DNA of 64,000 nucleotides from Capsulimonadaceae bacterium (GTDB lineage Bacteria; Armatimonadota; Armatimonadia; Armatimonadales; Capsulimonadaceae): NCBI GenBank assembly GCA_965215505.1, contig OZ244065.1, positions 576,001 to 640,000 of the forward strand, read 5' to 3'. Shown piece by piece: positions 28,978 to 38,424 of this stretch (position 1 is its first letter; each line of letters starts with the position of its first letter). The notes under the pieces were generated by a model. It saw only the letters and a program-made list of their open reading frames with translations, ran no database searches and was not told where the DNA came from. The position numbers and the translations under genes were made by a program.

Positions 28978-29877
28978 ATGCGGTATAACACGCCCAATTC
29001 ACCACTGGACTCGCTGAGGGATTTCGTGCAGCGCGGCGGCGTGCCGGTCACGCTGTCCCTCGTTGCCATCAACGTCCTCACATTCCTGGCCGCATTCTTT
29101 TCGCCCGCAGTCGCCGGCTACTTTCTCCAGACGGAGATGGTTTTCGGCGGAAGCGTTTCGAGGGTCCTGCATGCGCCCTGGACTCTGCTGACCTATTCCC
29201 TGGTGTCCCCGGAGGCGTTTTCGTTCTGGTTCGTCATTAACCTGGTCTTCTTCTGGCTTAGTGGCGGCAGTCTGGAGCGGAGCTGGGGGAGTCAACGCTT
29301 TGCGATCTTCTTCTTCGCGCTGACGCTGGCCTCCTCGCTTTCCCTGCTGGCGGGGAGACTGCTGCTGCACGGGCCGCTCCCGCCGCTGTACGGCGTGTTC
29401 CTGCCCTGGACCGGACTGATCGTTGCCTTCTGCATGCTCAACCCGGAGCAGCAGATCACGGTCTACTTCTTTCCGGTGCGCGCCAAGTACCTGGCGATCG
29501 GCGTGACGGTCTTGACCTACTTCAACTATGGCTCCATGCTGGGGCCCCTGCCGGGCCTGTTCTCGCTCGGCGGCATCCTGCTGGCGTACCTGTATGTCAA
29601 GTTCGGGCGCTCGTGGGGCGACATCGGCTCCTACAGCACCCCGCGCCGCGACTTCCGTGGCCCGGACCTGCGGATGGACACGCGCACCGAGCGGCCCACG
29701 TTCCGCACCACACCGCGCACCACCCTGGACGGCTCCCCGCAGCGGCGCAGCCCGTTCGACTTCGCGGGCCGCTGGAAGGACCGGCAGGACCGACGCCGCC
29801 TGGAGAAGCTGTGGAAGAACTCCGGCCTGCCCGGCTCCGAGCCGGAGTGGCGCGACGACGAGAAGCGCCGCCGGTAG
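28978..29877 (+). CDS. Rhomboid-superfamily-like membrane protein
   Basis: PWTLLTY, LERSWGS.RF, FPVRAKYL; canonical catalytic motifs not evident. Confidence 0.6.
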   Translation: MRYNTPNSPLDSLRDFVQRGGVPVTLSLVAINVLTFLAAFFSPAVAGYFLQTEMVFGGSVSRVLHAPWTLLTYSLVSPEAFSFWFVINLVFFWLSGGSLERSWGSQRFAIFFFALTLASSLSLLAGRLLLHGPLPPLYGVFLPWTGLIVAFCMLNPEQQITVYFFPVRAKYLAIGVTVLTYFNYGSMLGPLPGLFSLGGILLAYLYVKFGRSWGDIGSYSTPRRDFRGPDLRMDTRTERPTFRTTPRTTLDGSPQRRSPFDFAGRWKDRQDRRRLEKLWKNSGLPGSEPEWRDDEKRRR

Positions 29878-29955
29878 CACTTTTTTATAACCGTTCGATC
29901 TTTTGCTCTTTATCACCCGCTCGCGACCCTCTGTTTAGAGAGGAACACTCCAAGG

Positions 29956-31626
29956 ATGTCTGCAATGCACAAACGCTCTCCGTATCCACTCTCGGCCGCT
30001 CTGCTGCTGCTGGGGCCGGCCGCCATCGCCCAGGTCACGCCGGCCACGACGGACCCGGTGACGCCGTCGGCTTCGCCCGTCAGCCCGGTGCAGGTGGACT
30101 ATTACCGGGGCAACCTCGGCCACACCGGAGTCGCCGACGAGAAGCTCGCCGCGCCGCTGTCCGTACTCTGGCGGCACACGACGTCTTACGCCAAGAATAA
30201 TCCCGCCTCGCCGGTTTACGGCGCTTCGACCGTCTATTTCCCCTCCGGCGGCGCGTTCTACGCCCTGAACGCGGCGGACGGGACCATGCGCTGGCAGTAC
30301 CCGGCGGACGGCAAGGCGCGCACCTTCTTCGCGACCACCCCCGCCCTCTCCGGCGGCTTCCTGTATGTCACCGACGACAACGGGCAGGCCTACAAGCTGG
30401 ACGCCGCCACCGGGAAACAGGTCTGGACGGCGAAGCTGGAGGGCACCATCCGCTCCGCCCCGATCGTCAGCAACGGCGTCGTCTACTTCGGCAGCGGCAA
30501 CAGCCACGGGTACGCGCTCAGTGCGGACACCGGCCAGGTGGTGTGGGACACCGAGATGGGCGGGCCGATCACGACGTCGCCCACGATCACCGGCGGCCTC
30601 GTCGTCTTCACGTCCTCGGACGGCAACGCCTACAGCCTCAACGCCCGCACCGGGAAGAAAGGCTGGGCGGTCCAGTTCGCCGGCGACCCCAGCCTCGTCC
30701 CGCCCGTCTATGACGGCAGCACCCTGTATGTGGCGGCGGGGAGTACGGTCTACGGCCTGGACCCGAACAACGGTGCCAAACGGTCCACGATCAAGCTCCC
30801 GACCGACGTCCTCATCCCGCCGACCGTCAGCGGGGACTCGGTGTATGTCATCACGCAGTCCAACGACCTTTACGCGCTGACCTTGGCCGGGCGCAAGCGG
30901 TGGAGCGTCACGCTGGACGCGGCCGAGACGGCCCCGCCGCTCCTCGCCGGGAACCTGCTGCTGGTGGCGACACAGCCGGGCGTCCTGTCCGGCTACGACG
31001 CGGGCACCGGCAAGCTGGTCTGGCGCTATGTCGTCCAGGCCAGCGCGACCGACAGCCAGCCGAAGTACCCCTCCACGACCGTCTACGCCGCCCCCATCGT
31101 CGCGGCGGGCACGCTGTACGTCGTCAGCGATGACGGGTCGCTCACCGCCTTCCGGTCGGACGCGCCGGGCAACATCGGGCCGCAGTTCACCGAGCTTGTC
31201 CCCGAGGCCGGCGCGACCGTGCGCGGCGATAGCCTGACCTATGGGGCGCTCGTCATCGCGGAAGGGTCTGGCATCAACCCTGCCTCCGTCAGCCTGAAGG
31301 TGGACGATGAAACCGACGTGAAGGCCGTCTACCATGCCGGCCAGAACGCCGTCTACGACACGCCGACGACCCCGCTCAAGGAGGGCGAACACAACATCAC
31401 TCTTCGGGTGGCGGACTGGCGCGGCAACGTGACCTCGCAGACCTGGAGTTTCACCGTGAACGACCAGGGCGGGCGCGGGCGGCCTGGGAACGGCGGCTTC
31501 GGCGGCAATGGCGGCTTCGGCGGGCCCGGCGGTTTCGGTAACCCAGGCGGTCCGGGTGGACCGGGCGGTCCGCCGGACGGGCGCGATCAGGGGACGCCGC
31601 CGCCGCCGCCAATCGGGGCCTTCTAG
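29956..31626 (+). CDS. PQQ-like beta-propeller (BamB-like) secreted protein
   Basis: Repeated YAL.A.TG...W blades; signal peptide; Gly/Pro-rich tail. Confidence 0.85.
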   Translation: MSAMHKRSPYPLSAALLLLGPAAIAQVTPATTDPVTPSASPVSPVQVDYYRGNLGHTGVADEKLAAPLSVLWRHTTSYAKNNPASPVYGASTVYFPSGGAFYALNAADGTMRWQYPADGKARTFFATTPALSGGFLYVTDDNGQAYKLDAATGKQVWTAKLEGTIRSAPIVSNGVVYFGSGNSHGYALSADTGQVVWDTEMGGPITTSPTITGGLVVFTSSDGNAYSLNARTGKKGWAVQFAGDPSLVPPVYDGSTLYVAAGSTVYGLDPNNGAKRSTIKLPTDVLIPPTVSGDSVYVITQSNDLYALTLAGRKRWSVTLDAAETAPPLLAGNLLLVATQPGVLSGYDAGTGKLVWRYVVQASATDSQPKYPSTTVYAAPIVAAGTLYVVSDDGSLTAFRSDAPGNIGPQFTELVPEAGATVRGDSLTYGALVIAEGSGINPASVSLKVDDETDVKAVYHAGQNAVYDTPTTPLKEGEHNITLRVADWRGNVTSQTWSFTVNDQGGRGRPGNGGFGGNGGFGGPGGFGNPGGPGGPGGPPDGRDQGTPPPPPIGAF

Positions 31627-31680
31627 CGGAAATTCCTTCTAGCGGAAATTCTCGGCTCCTCCAAGGAAGAAAGGTCGGCT

Positions 31681-32219
31681 ATGGAAGGCCCTATCAACAC
31701 GGAAGCTTGGCTCCGGCTCAACGCCCTGGAGTTCGCGCCGCATCGCCTGCACGCGCTGCTGGAGGCCTTCGGCGGGGACCCCACCGCCCTCTTCGCCTCT
31801 TCCGGCGCGGAGCGCGCGGAGCGACTGCCGCAGTTCAACGGAAAGCGGCTGGCGCACCTCAGCGCCGTCCGCCAGCGTGACTTCGCCCGCGAGCTCACGG
31901 CGCTGGAGAAGAGCGGCGCGCACCTGGTCACGATCCAGGATGCGTGCTATCCCGCGAACCTGCGCCCCCTCCCCGATGCCCCGCCGGTCCTGTTCGTGCG
32001 CGGCGAGCTGATCCCCGAAGACAAATTCAGCCTCGCCATCGTCGGGTCGCGCCGCGCCACCAATTACGGCCTGACACTCGCCTTCCAGTTCGCGCGGGAC
32101 CTTGTCGGGCACGGGCTGGCGATCGCCTCGGGCGGCGCGCGCGGCGTGGATACCTATGCCCACCGAGGCTCGATGGAGGGCGGTGGCCGTACCCTGGCTT
32201 TCCTCGGCTGCGGCGTGGA
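31681..32219 (+). pseudogene. dprA: DNA-processing protein DprA, 5' part (codons 1-180), interrupted by integrated element
   Basis: YPANL..PPVLFVRG, AIVGSR, SGGARGVDT.AH, FLGCGVD; homology stops at TGGA 32216-32219. Confidence 0.93.
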
Positions 32220-33932
32220 CACGCCCTGTACAGTATCCTCCCCTTCTCCTCCGTCCAGCAGCCCCGGCAGGTAGACGACCTCGGCCCCGTCCTTGCGGGG
32301 GATCACCTTCTCGATCACCGTCCCCAGCAGATCCCGCTTGCGTGCCGTCGCAACGTCCGGCGAGTCCAGCACGAGCCGCAGATCCGCGAGACCTTGAAGC
32401 CGCAGCGCCTCGTCGGAGGGGCGGCCCGAAGCTGCCACGCCCGGTCCTGCTGCCGCCCGATCCCGGTCCAGCGCCCGCCGAAGCATCCCGCGCCGGTCCT
32501 CCATGTCCTTCCGGCGCGCGGCCAGGTCCGCGAACACGGCGGCGTAGGCATCGGGGCTTGCCCCCATCCGCATCCCGGCCATCTGTGCCTGCACGGCCAG
32601 GAGGTCTTCCTGTGCCAGCTCCGCAAGCGCCCGGTCCAGCGCGGCCAGTTCCCGCCGCGCGTCCCCTCCCCCGCTCCCAGAGTCTGCCTCCTGCTGCCGG
32701 TAGCGCGCGAGCTGCGCCTTGACGGACGCGGGCCGCTCGGCGATCTCCGACAGGCTCAGGAGGACGGCGGCTTCCAGCATCAGCCGGTGGTAGGAGGTGG
32801 CCTCGCACTCCGCCGGCAGCCCGGCCCGCAGCGCCTCGACCCGGCGCTGGCATTGGTAGCAGTCCCACTCCTCCTTCTTGGTCAGCAGGAAGCGCATCCC
32901 GCCCCCGCAGGCCGGGCAGACGAGCCGCCCCGACAGGAGCCGGGTCCGTGCCGGCTGCCCGCCCTTCTGCGACTTGTTGAGGGCCGTCCGCGCCTGCGCC
33001 CGGTCCCAGGCGTCTTCGGAGACGAGGGCGGGCGCGGAAAGCGTCACCCACTGGTCGGGGTCGCTGGGGGACCTGACGACCGCGCAGCGATACGGCAGGC
33101 CGGACAGGGGGCTGATCTCCTGGAGGCGACTCTCCTCCTTGCGGTGCTGCACCCGGCCATACGCCGGCTGGCCCTTATGCACGGGGTTGGCGAGAATGGC
33201 CTTGATCGTCGGGGGCCGCCAGGCGCTCGCCCCGCGCGGGGTCGGGATGCTCTCGGCGTTCAGCTCCAGGCACAGCCTGTGCATCGAGTGCGTCCCCGCC
33301 GCGTAGCCAGCGAAGATGCGGCGCACGACGGCCGCCTGGTCCTCGCGCACGACGTAGCGCCCCAGCAGCTCCAGGGGGAAGTCGCCGCGCATGACGTCGG
33401 CCTTGGTGGGGACGTGGTAGCCGTAGGGAGCCAGCGCGCGGGCCGTTTGGATGCCCCGCTCGGCGAACGTCACCTTGCCCAGCATGGAGCGCTCGCGGAA
33501 GTGTTCGCGTTCGAAGACGGCGAAGTCGCCCCGGATGTTAAAGCTCAGGTTCCCGGCGGCGTTGTCCTGATAGTCGGCGTCGGTGAAGACGAGCCGCCCG
33601 CCCGCCGCGCGCACGGCCTTCTTGATCTGCTCCTGGTGTTCCCGGTCCCGGCTGTAGCGGTCGATGTTGAAGGTGATCAGCGTATCCGCCCGGCCCGCCT
33701 GGAGGTCGGCGAGGGCCGCCTGCATCCCCGCGCGGGTCAAGAGGAACGCGCCCGACACGGCGGCGTCGTAGTATTCGGCGATGATCGGCAGGCCCAGGGC
33801 GAGGGCCTTGGCGCGGCAGGCGTCAAGCTGGCTCTCGGGGCTGCTGCCGTGCTTGTCCTGCTCCGTGCCGGAAACGCGCGTCACGATCACCGCGCCCCGC
33901 ATCCTGGTTGACTTCGCTGCTGGCTTGTTCAC
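32154..33932 (-). CDS. Large serine recombinase (resolvase, recombinase, zinc ribbon and coiled-coil domains)
   Basis: VTRVS catalytic Ser, DRYSRD, PYGY, ILANP, ALVSEDAW, LLSGRLVCPACG; GTG start overlaps the xis stop. Confidence 0.93.
   Translation of the reverse strand: MNKPAAKSTRMRGAVIVTRVSGTEQDKHGSSPESQLDACRAKALALGLPIIAEYYDAAVSGAFLLTRAGMQAALADLQAGRADTLITFNIDRYSRDREHQEQIKKAVRAAGGRLVFTDADYQDNAAGNLSFNIRGDFAVFEREHFRERSMLGKVTFAERGIQTARALAPYGYHVPTKADVMRGDFPLELLGRYVVREDQAAVVRRIFAGYAAGTHSMHRLCLELNAESIPTPRGASAWRPPTIKAILANPVHKGQPAYGRVQHRKEESRLQEISPLSGLPYRCAVVRSPSDPDQWVTLSAPALVSEDAWDRAQARTALNKSQKGGQPARTRLLSGRLVCPACGGGMRFLLTKKEEWDCYQCQRRVEALRAGLPAECEATSYHRLMLEAAVLLSLSEIAERPASVKAQLARYRQQEADSGSGGGDARRELAALDRALAELAQEDLLAVQAQMAGMRMGASPDAYAAVFADLAARRKDMEDRRGMLRRALDRDRAAAGPGVAASGRPSDEALRLQGLADLRLVLDSPDVATARKRDLLGTVIEKVIPRKDGAEVVYLPGLLDGGEGEDTVQGVSTPQPRKARVRPPPSIEPRWA
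32216..32239. other. Left attachment junction (core TGGA plus element arm CTGTACAGTATCCT)
   Basis: Arm 32226-32239 is the exact reverse complement of 49378-49391. Confidence 0.88.
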
Positions 33933-34171
33933 TGGTTCCCCTCCCCTTCCTGCTGCACCGCGATCTTCACTTCCGTTTTCTTCGGGCGGCCCGGTCGCTG
34001 CGCCCCGCCCCCCGCTTTGTAGCCGTCCAGGGCGGTCCGCGTCACCCGCCACTGCTTCAGGTCCGCTTTGTAGCCTGTTAGTGCCCCCAGGCGCAGCAGG
34101 CGCTTCACGGTATCCGGGTGCAGTGAAAGTTCTTCCGCCACTTCAGTAACAGTAAGGTCTTTTGCTTTCAT
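33929..34171 (-). CDS. Excisionase-like winged-HTH protein (candidate recombination directionality factor)
   Basis: LTVTEVAEELSLHPDTVKRLLRLG...WRV; GRPKK AT-hook-like tail; coupled to the recombinase. Confidence 0.8.
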   Translation of the reverse strand: MKAKDLTVTEVAEELSLHPDTVKRLLRLGALTGYKADLKQWRVTRTALDGYKAGGGAQRPGRPKKTEVKIAVQQEGEGNQ

Positions 34172-34264
34172 GGGTTCAGTGTACCCGATGTGCAGGCGTT
34201 TCCGTGCGTATGCGTGATATTATTTACAGGGTAGGAAGTTGGCCGGTTTGGAATAGCCACCTCC

Positions 34265-34333
34265 TACACACATACTCAGAATACACAGAATTAACCGAAA
34301 TGCCTAATTCTGTGTATTCTGAGTATGTGTGTA
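34265..34333. repeat. Perfect 29-bp inverted repeat (11-nt loop)
   Basis: TACACACATACTCAGAATACACAGAATTA / TAATTCTGTGTATTCTGAGTATGTGTGTA. Confidence 0.95.
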
Positions 34334-34370
34334 AGGGTATCATAGTGATTAGAAGCAACCGAACACTTGG

Positions 34371-34514
34371 GGCCGGCTGCCGTTCGTCGCGTTGTACGGG
34401 CGCAAGCTGATCAGCCGCGCGGCGCTGGACGCCTACAAGAAGCGGACCAGGCCGGACGGGGAGAAGCCGAGGGGAAGGCCGAGGAAGTTGGCAGGGACAG
34501 GAGAGAACGAATGA
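34371..34514 (+). pseudogene. 5'-truncated remnant of an excisionase-like gene
   Basis: GRLPFVALYGRKLISRAALDAYKKRTRPDGEKPRGRPRKLAGTGENE*, resembling the C-half of the 33929-34171 protein; in-frame TAG at 34350, HTH half absent. Confidence 0.6.
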
Positions 34515-36229
34515 GCAGCATTCAACCAACCATGAAACTTAAAGAACTATTCTTTTCCTACTTCCCCCCAACCGAAGATGATTTTGCCCAGTGGTGGAAT
34601 ACCGGGATTTTCGCGTTCGACGCAAACGCTCTGCTTGGTCTTTACGGGCTTCAGGACGAGACGCGGGAGGAACTACTCGCCTTTCTAGAGTCTGGTGTTA
34701 TTAAAGAGCGTCTGTGGGTGCCTCATCAAGCCGCTTTTGAGTTCAGCAAAAACCGGGCTAAAGTCATCGAGCTACAGGTCGGGAAGTACAAGGCGGTCAT
34801 CGGGCAGCTAGTGGAGTTGACCTCAAGCATGAAAATCAATGCGGAAAAGGCCCAAAAAGAACTAGCTGATCCTAATCTACCGGAGTCCATTAAAGAAGTC
34901 GCGCTACAGGTTTCCTCTGATTTTGAGAGCTTACGCTCCAAGATCAACGAGAGTGTAGAGCCTCTAGAAGCGGAAGTCGCAAAACTTATCAAGCAGTTGG
35001 AGGCTGAACGCGATAAGCAGGCTGCGTTGGTCGAGAGTGACCCAATCCTTCAACGGCTTACGGCTTTGCTGGGCGAGAACATCGGGGACGCTTATGATGA
35101 GGCCGCTCTTACAGAAATTTATGCAGAAGGCACAGAGCGATACGCTGCCGACCCCCAAGTCCCTCCGGGCTTCTCCGACAAGAACAACAAGGCTAAGAGG
35201 GGCAACGAAATCTACGGGGATCTGCTCGTCTGGAAACAAACCATCGAACACGCCAAGCTGGGCGAACGTCCAATTCTGATGGTCAATAATGAGCAGAAAC
35301 CGGACTGGGTTGAGTCGTGGGGGCAAAGCAAAAGAGCACGAAAGGAACTGGTTCAGGAGATGTACCAGGAGGCAAAAGTGCCCTTCTTCATGTACACTCT
35401 GCCTCAATTCATGGAAGCAGCCAAGAAGTATCTAGGGGCCTCATTCTCTGCTAACGCTTTATTTGATGCAAGCCGCGTTGAAAGTGAGGAAGTCGCAAGA
35501 CTGAGCTTCAATGAAATTCAGTTGCAACAGACCCGAAGTAGCCTGTACGGGGATTTTATATTGGCTTGGCAAGTGATTGAAAGTCACCTTGCCGCGTTGT
35601 TAGCAGAGTCCGGTAACGACAACAGAAACGTCAATTCTTCGCAGGCTTTGGATACTCTACGTGCCCAAGGAGAAATCTCAGATAAACACCACAACCGCCT
35701 TCATTGGCTGAGACGCTTCAAGAACACACTCATCCAGGGCACGGGGTTTATTGTGCCCGAAGCAAATATACAGGCAAATCTTGGGGAACTGCGCGACATC
35801 ATTGATGAACTAGGAATCAAGGCGCAGACTGCAATAGCTGCGGTATCCAGGACACTACAGGCGATGTATCCCACAGCAAATCTTACACTTCAACGGGACA
35901 AGCCCAACATTTTTTTAACCCGCGGCTTAGAAGTGGTTGCCGTTGGCGTAGAAGCCGTGACTACTATGGATTTAGAAGCTTTCAATAAGGTCGTTGCATC
36001 TCTGAGTCTGGGTGATCATCTGGTGGCACAGGGCAATATAGACCGTTTCGTGCATGTGGTTGCATGCGATGATAAAGCCGTTGCATTAAGTTCAGACCAT
36101 ATGTTGTCCAGTATGGGAAGAGTGTCTAATTCAAAGGTTTGGGTCGGGTATTTAGAGGGGGCGAACTTCATTCTGACAACAAACACCCCTTCACTTCACC
36201 TGTTATTTGAACAGCCGCCGCCCGAGTAG
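34511..36229 (+). CDS. PIN-like (DUF4935/PIN_8-type) domain protein with coiled coil and HEPN-like helical region
   Basis: FAFDANALLGLY, WVPHQ, PPGFSDK, YGDLLVWKQ, NEQKPDW; lower GC. Confidence 0.75.
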   Translation: MSSIQPTMKLKELFFSYFPPTEDDFAQWWNTGIFAFDANALLGLYGLQDETREELLAFLESGVIKERLWVPHQAAFEFSKNRAKVIELQVGKYKAVIGQLVELTSSMKINAEKAQKELADPNLPESIKEVALQVSSDFESLRSKINESVEPLEAEVAKLIKQLEAERDKQAALVESDPILQRLTALLGENIGDAYDEAALTEIYAEGTERYAADPQVPPGFSDKNNKAKRGNEIYGDLLVWKQTIEHAKLGERPILMVNNEQKPDWVESWGQSKRARKELVQEMYQEAKVPFFMYTLPQFMEAAKKYLGASFSANALFDASRVESEEVARLSFNEIQLQQTRSSLYGDFILAWQVIESHLAALLAESGNDNRNVNSSQALDTLRAQGEISDKHHNRLHWLRRFKNTLIQGTGFIVPEANIQANLGELRDIIDELGIKAQTAIAAVSRTLQAMYPTANLTLQRDKPNIFLTRGLEVVAVGVEAVTTMDLEAFNKVVASLSLGDHLVAQGNIDRFVHVVACDDKAVALSSDHMLSSMGRVSNSKVWVGYLEGANFILTTNTPSLHLLFEQPPPE

Positions 36230-36427
36230 CATTGGAACGATCCCAGACACTGCTAAAGTCTTCGCCCCCGCCTGGGCTTCCCCCCTATCAGGCTTCCCGC
36301 TCCCATGCTAGGCTTCCCGCCTGCCGCTTACTCGCCCCGCCGACGAAGGGCACGGCCCCACCGAAGCCGAGGCCAACCGGCCCAGCCGAAGACAGACCGA
36401 CAGCCAAAGAGACCCAGCCAAAGAGAC

Positions 36428-36462
36428 AGAGACCTCCGCCGTGTGGCGGAGGTCTCTTTTTT
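36428..36462 (+). terminator. Intrinsic terminator
   Basis: AGAGACCTCCGCC-GTGT-GGCGGAGGTCTCT followed by a T run. Confidence 0.85.
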
Positions 36463-36617
36463 GCGTGAGCAAAATCCTACAGTAGCCCACTGAGCAACCT
36501 ACTAACCTACTCACCTTCCCCTGCTTGTCGTCCCGGCTGTCGTCATACTTCATTAGGGTTTCGAGCTTGGCGTGGCGCGAGAGCGGCTGCACGTCCCGCA
36601 GCTTCTTTGACCTGCAC

Positions 36618-36639
36618 CCGTTACCTACGTAGGTAACGG
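36618..36639. promoter_or_regulatory. Perfect 22-bp palindrome, candidate protein-binding site
   Basis: CCGTTACCTACGTAGGTAACGG; near-identical copy at 45092-45111. Confidence 0.6.
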
Positions 36640-36706
36640 CGGACGTCAGAAGGGCCGGGGATCAGCACGATCCCCGGCCCGCTGCTTGCGTGTCCGCTGC
36701 CCGTCC

Positions 36707-36940
36707 CTACTGCCGCGCGGCCCAGGCGTCCACGACGGCGGCCAGCGCGTCCCAGGCGGCGTTCAGGGCCTGCTCGGCGGCGTCGTACTCGGGGCTGTCT
36801 TCGTTGGCGACGCGGCTGCTCTCGATGCCCCGGTCCATCAGGTCGGAGAGCGCCTGCGTGTACGGCTGGTGGCTCTTGATGCTGCGCGCCTTGACGGGCG
36901 CCTGGTCGCTGGTCGTGCTGCTGGTCGTGTCGGTGTTCAT
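36707..36940 (-). CDS. Hypothetical protein
   Basis: 77-aa ORF with AAGGA RBS, co-oriented with neighbours. Confidence 0.55.
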   Translation of the reverse strand: MNTDTTSSTTSDQAPVKARSIKSHQPYTQALSDLMDRGIESSRVANEDSPEYDAAEQALNAAWDALAAVVDAWAARQ

Positions 36941-37031
36941 GGTTTGGTTTCCTTCGGCGTGTTCTTCGGCTGCTGTGCTGCTCGCTGCGCGTGAAGGATG
37001 CGCGCCCCCCGCCCGGCCTACTTGCGGTCGC

Positions 37032-37643
37032 TCACTTGATGTAGAAGACTTCCTCGGCGGGCGAGAGGCGCGCGCCGTCCGCCGCTTCCCCGCTCTCCAG
37101 CAGCCAGGTGGCGAGGACCTTCTTGTCCAGCGCCTCCACGACGGCGGCGGGGAAGTTCGCCTTCGTCCAGGCCAGCAGCGCGGCGGGGTCGGTCACCTGC
37201 ACCCCCGCCGGCTTGGTGCGGTAGCCGATCACGCCATGCGGGAGGCGGACGCTCTTCTTCTTGCCGCCCTCGGTCTCGGCTTGCAGGTAGGTCTGGATGG
37301 CCCCGCCGTACTTCCATTCCAGCGCCTCGGCCTTGCGCTCGCAGGCCCGCGCCATCGCCTCCATGTTGGTTCGGATCAGCAGCGCCTCGGCGCGGGCCGC
37401 AGCGACTTTCCCAAGAACCCAGTCCACGCCCGCCGCGTCGGTGGGGCAGAAGGCTTCGGGAGTGGCAGCGGGCGCGTCGCTGATAAGTGCCGCGATCTCC
37501 TCGGCGGTCAGAGAGTTCTCGGTCATCGTCTCGGCTTCGGGGGCGGGCGGTGTGTCGGCTTCGGTGAACGCGCGGGAAACGAGTTCCTGCCGGTAAGCGC
37601 GGCTTGTCTCGGTCACCGGCTGGCGGGTCTGTGTCGTCGTCAT
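37032..37643 (-). CDS. Mu Gam-like / host-nuclease inhibitor family protein
   Basis: DWVLGKV, coiled coil, KKKSVRLPHGVIGYR. Confidence 0.7.
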   Translation of the reverse strand: MTTTQTRQPVTETSRAYRQELVSRAFTEADTPPAPEAETMTENSLTAEEIAALISDAPAATPEAFCPTDAAGVDWVLGKVAAARAEALLIRTNMEAMARACERKAEALEWKYGGAIQTYLQAETEGGKKKSVRLPHGVIGYRTKPAGVQVTDPAALLAWTKANFPAAVVEALDKKVLATWLLESGEAADGARLSPAEEVFYIK

Positions 37644-37698
37644 GGTCGTGGTTCCTTTCGGGTCGGTGGGGCCGTTCGTCCCGGCCCCTGTGTGGCGT

Positions 37699-38001
37699 CT
37701 AGGCGGCGATCTGGCGGCTGTGGCAGGCGATCAAGGCCATGTCCCGCCGCTCGGCCCGTATCTCCTCTTGCGAGGCGGAGAGCGGGAACAGTTCATCGAG
37801 GAAGGCCCGCCCCAGCGCGACGACTTCCGCGTCTTCCGGCCCGTCTTGCAGGGCCAGGGCCGGGTCGGTCGCCATCACGAGGCACGGCAGGCAGTAGAAG
37901 CAGCCCGTCTCGGGGTCCGGGTAGGTGGGGCCGGTCGAGGGGCAGAAGTCGCACGGCACGGGCCGGAAGATGGTCGTCAGGATGTCGCCGATACTGGTCA
38001 T
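37699..38001 (-). CDS. Hypothetical Cys-rich protein
   Basis: CDFC...CLPC; AAGGAG RBS. Confidence 0.55.
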   Translation of the reverse strand: MTSIGDILTTIFRPVPCDFCPSTGPTYPDPETGCFYCLPCLVMATDPALALQDGPEDAEVVALGRAFLDELFPLSASQEEIRAERRDMALIACHSRQIAA

Positions 38002-38058
38002 GGTCTGTGTCTCCTTGGGGGAAGGGGGGAGGGCCGCAAGCCCTCCCCCGATGTTGGC

Positions 38059-38424
38059 TTAGAACTCGGCGTAAGCGCCGTTGTCGGCGTCGGTGTGCAG
38101 GGCGTCGTATTCTTCCGCCTGCGCCTCATCACGGAGCATCAGGTCAACGGCCTGGAAGTGCTTGCAGGTGGCGTACTCGGCGAAGGCGGGGCAGTCGCAG
38201 CAGTTGCCCAGGGCGGTGCCGACGTTCACCTGATACTCCTGTCCCTGCGGCCCGGCGATGAAGTAGAGGCCGGAGACGCGCCCCGTCTCCACGGTGTAGC
38301 CGCCCGTCGTCAGAAGGGTCTCGGCGCGGCGGGCGATGTTTGCCAGGGTGCGGGTCAGGCGGGCCTCGGCGTTCATAGCGGCGAGGGTTGCGGTGTGCAG
38401 GGCGGTCAGTTCGGCGGTGTTCAT
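38059..38424 (-). CDS. SWIM zinc-finger protein
   Basis: YQV...CDCPAF...CKH (CxC-xn-CxH); GAGGAG RBS. Confidence 0.75.
   Translation of the reverse strand: MNTAELTALHTATLAAMNAEARLTRTLANIARRAETLLTTGGYTVETGRVSGLYFIAGPQGQEYQVNVGTALGNCCDCPAFAEYATCKHFQAVDLMLRDEAQAEEYDALHTDADNGAYAEF

Noticed and set aside
31944-33911. 655-aa plus-strand ORF, and similar long antisense ORFs (6122-7594, 9867-11588, 51820-53517, 59759-62224)
   Set aside because: Shadow frames opposite well-supported genes, expected in high-GC DNA, with no motifs.
34367-34510. N-terminal 48 aa of the 620-aa ORF as part of the PIN protein
   Set aside because: This region encodes an xis-like remnant in another frame. The ATG at 34511, with a purine-rich RBS and ATGA overlap, is the more plausible start.
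36230-36427. Type III toxin-antitoxin-like RNA repeat array after the PIN gene
   Set aside because: Only two short repeats (CAGCCAAAGAGAC, GGCTTCCCGC) are present, too little to support an RNA antitoxin.
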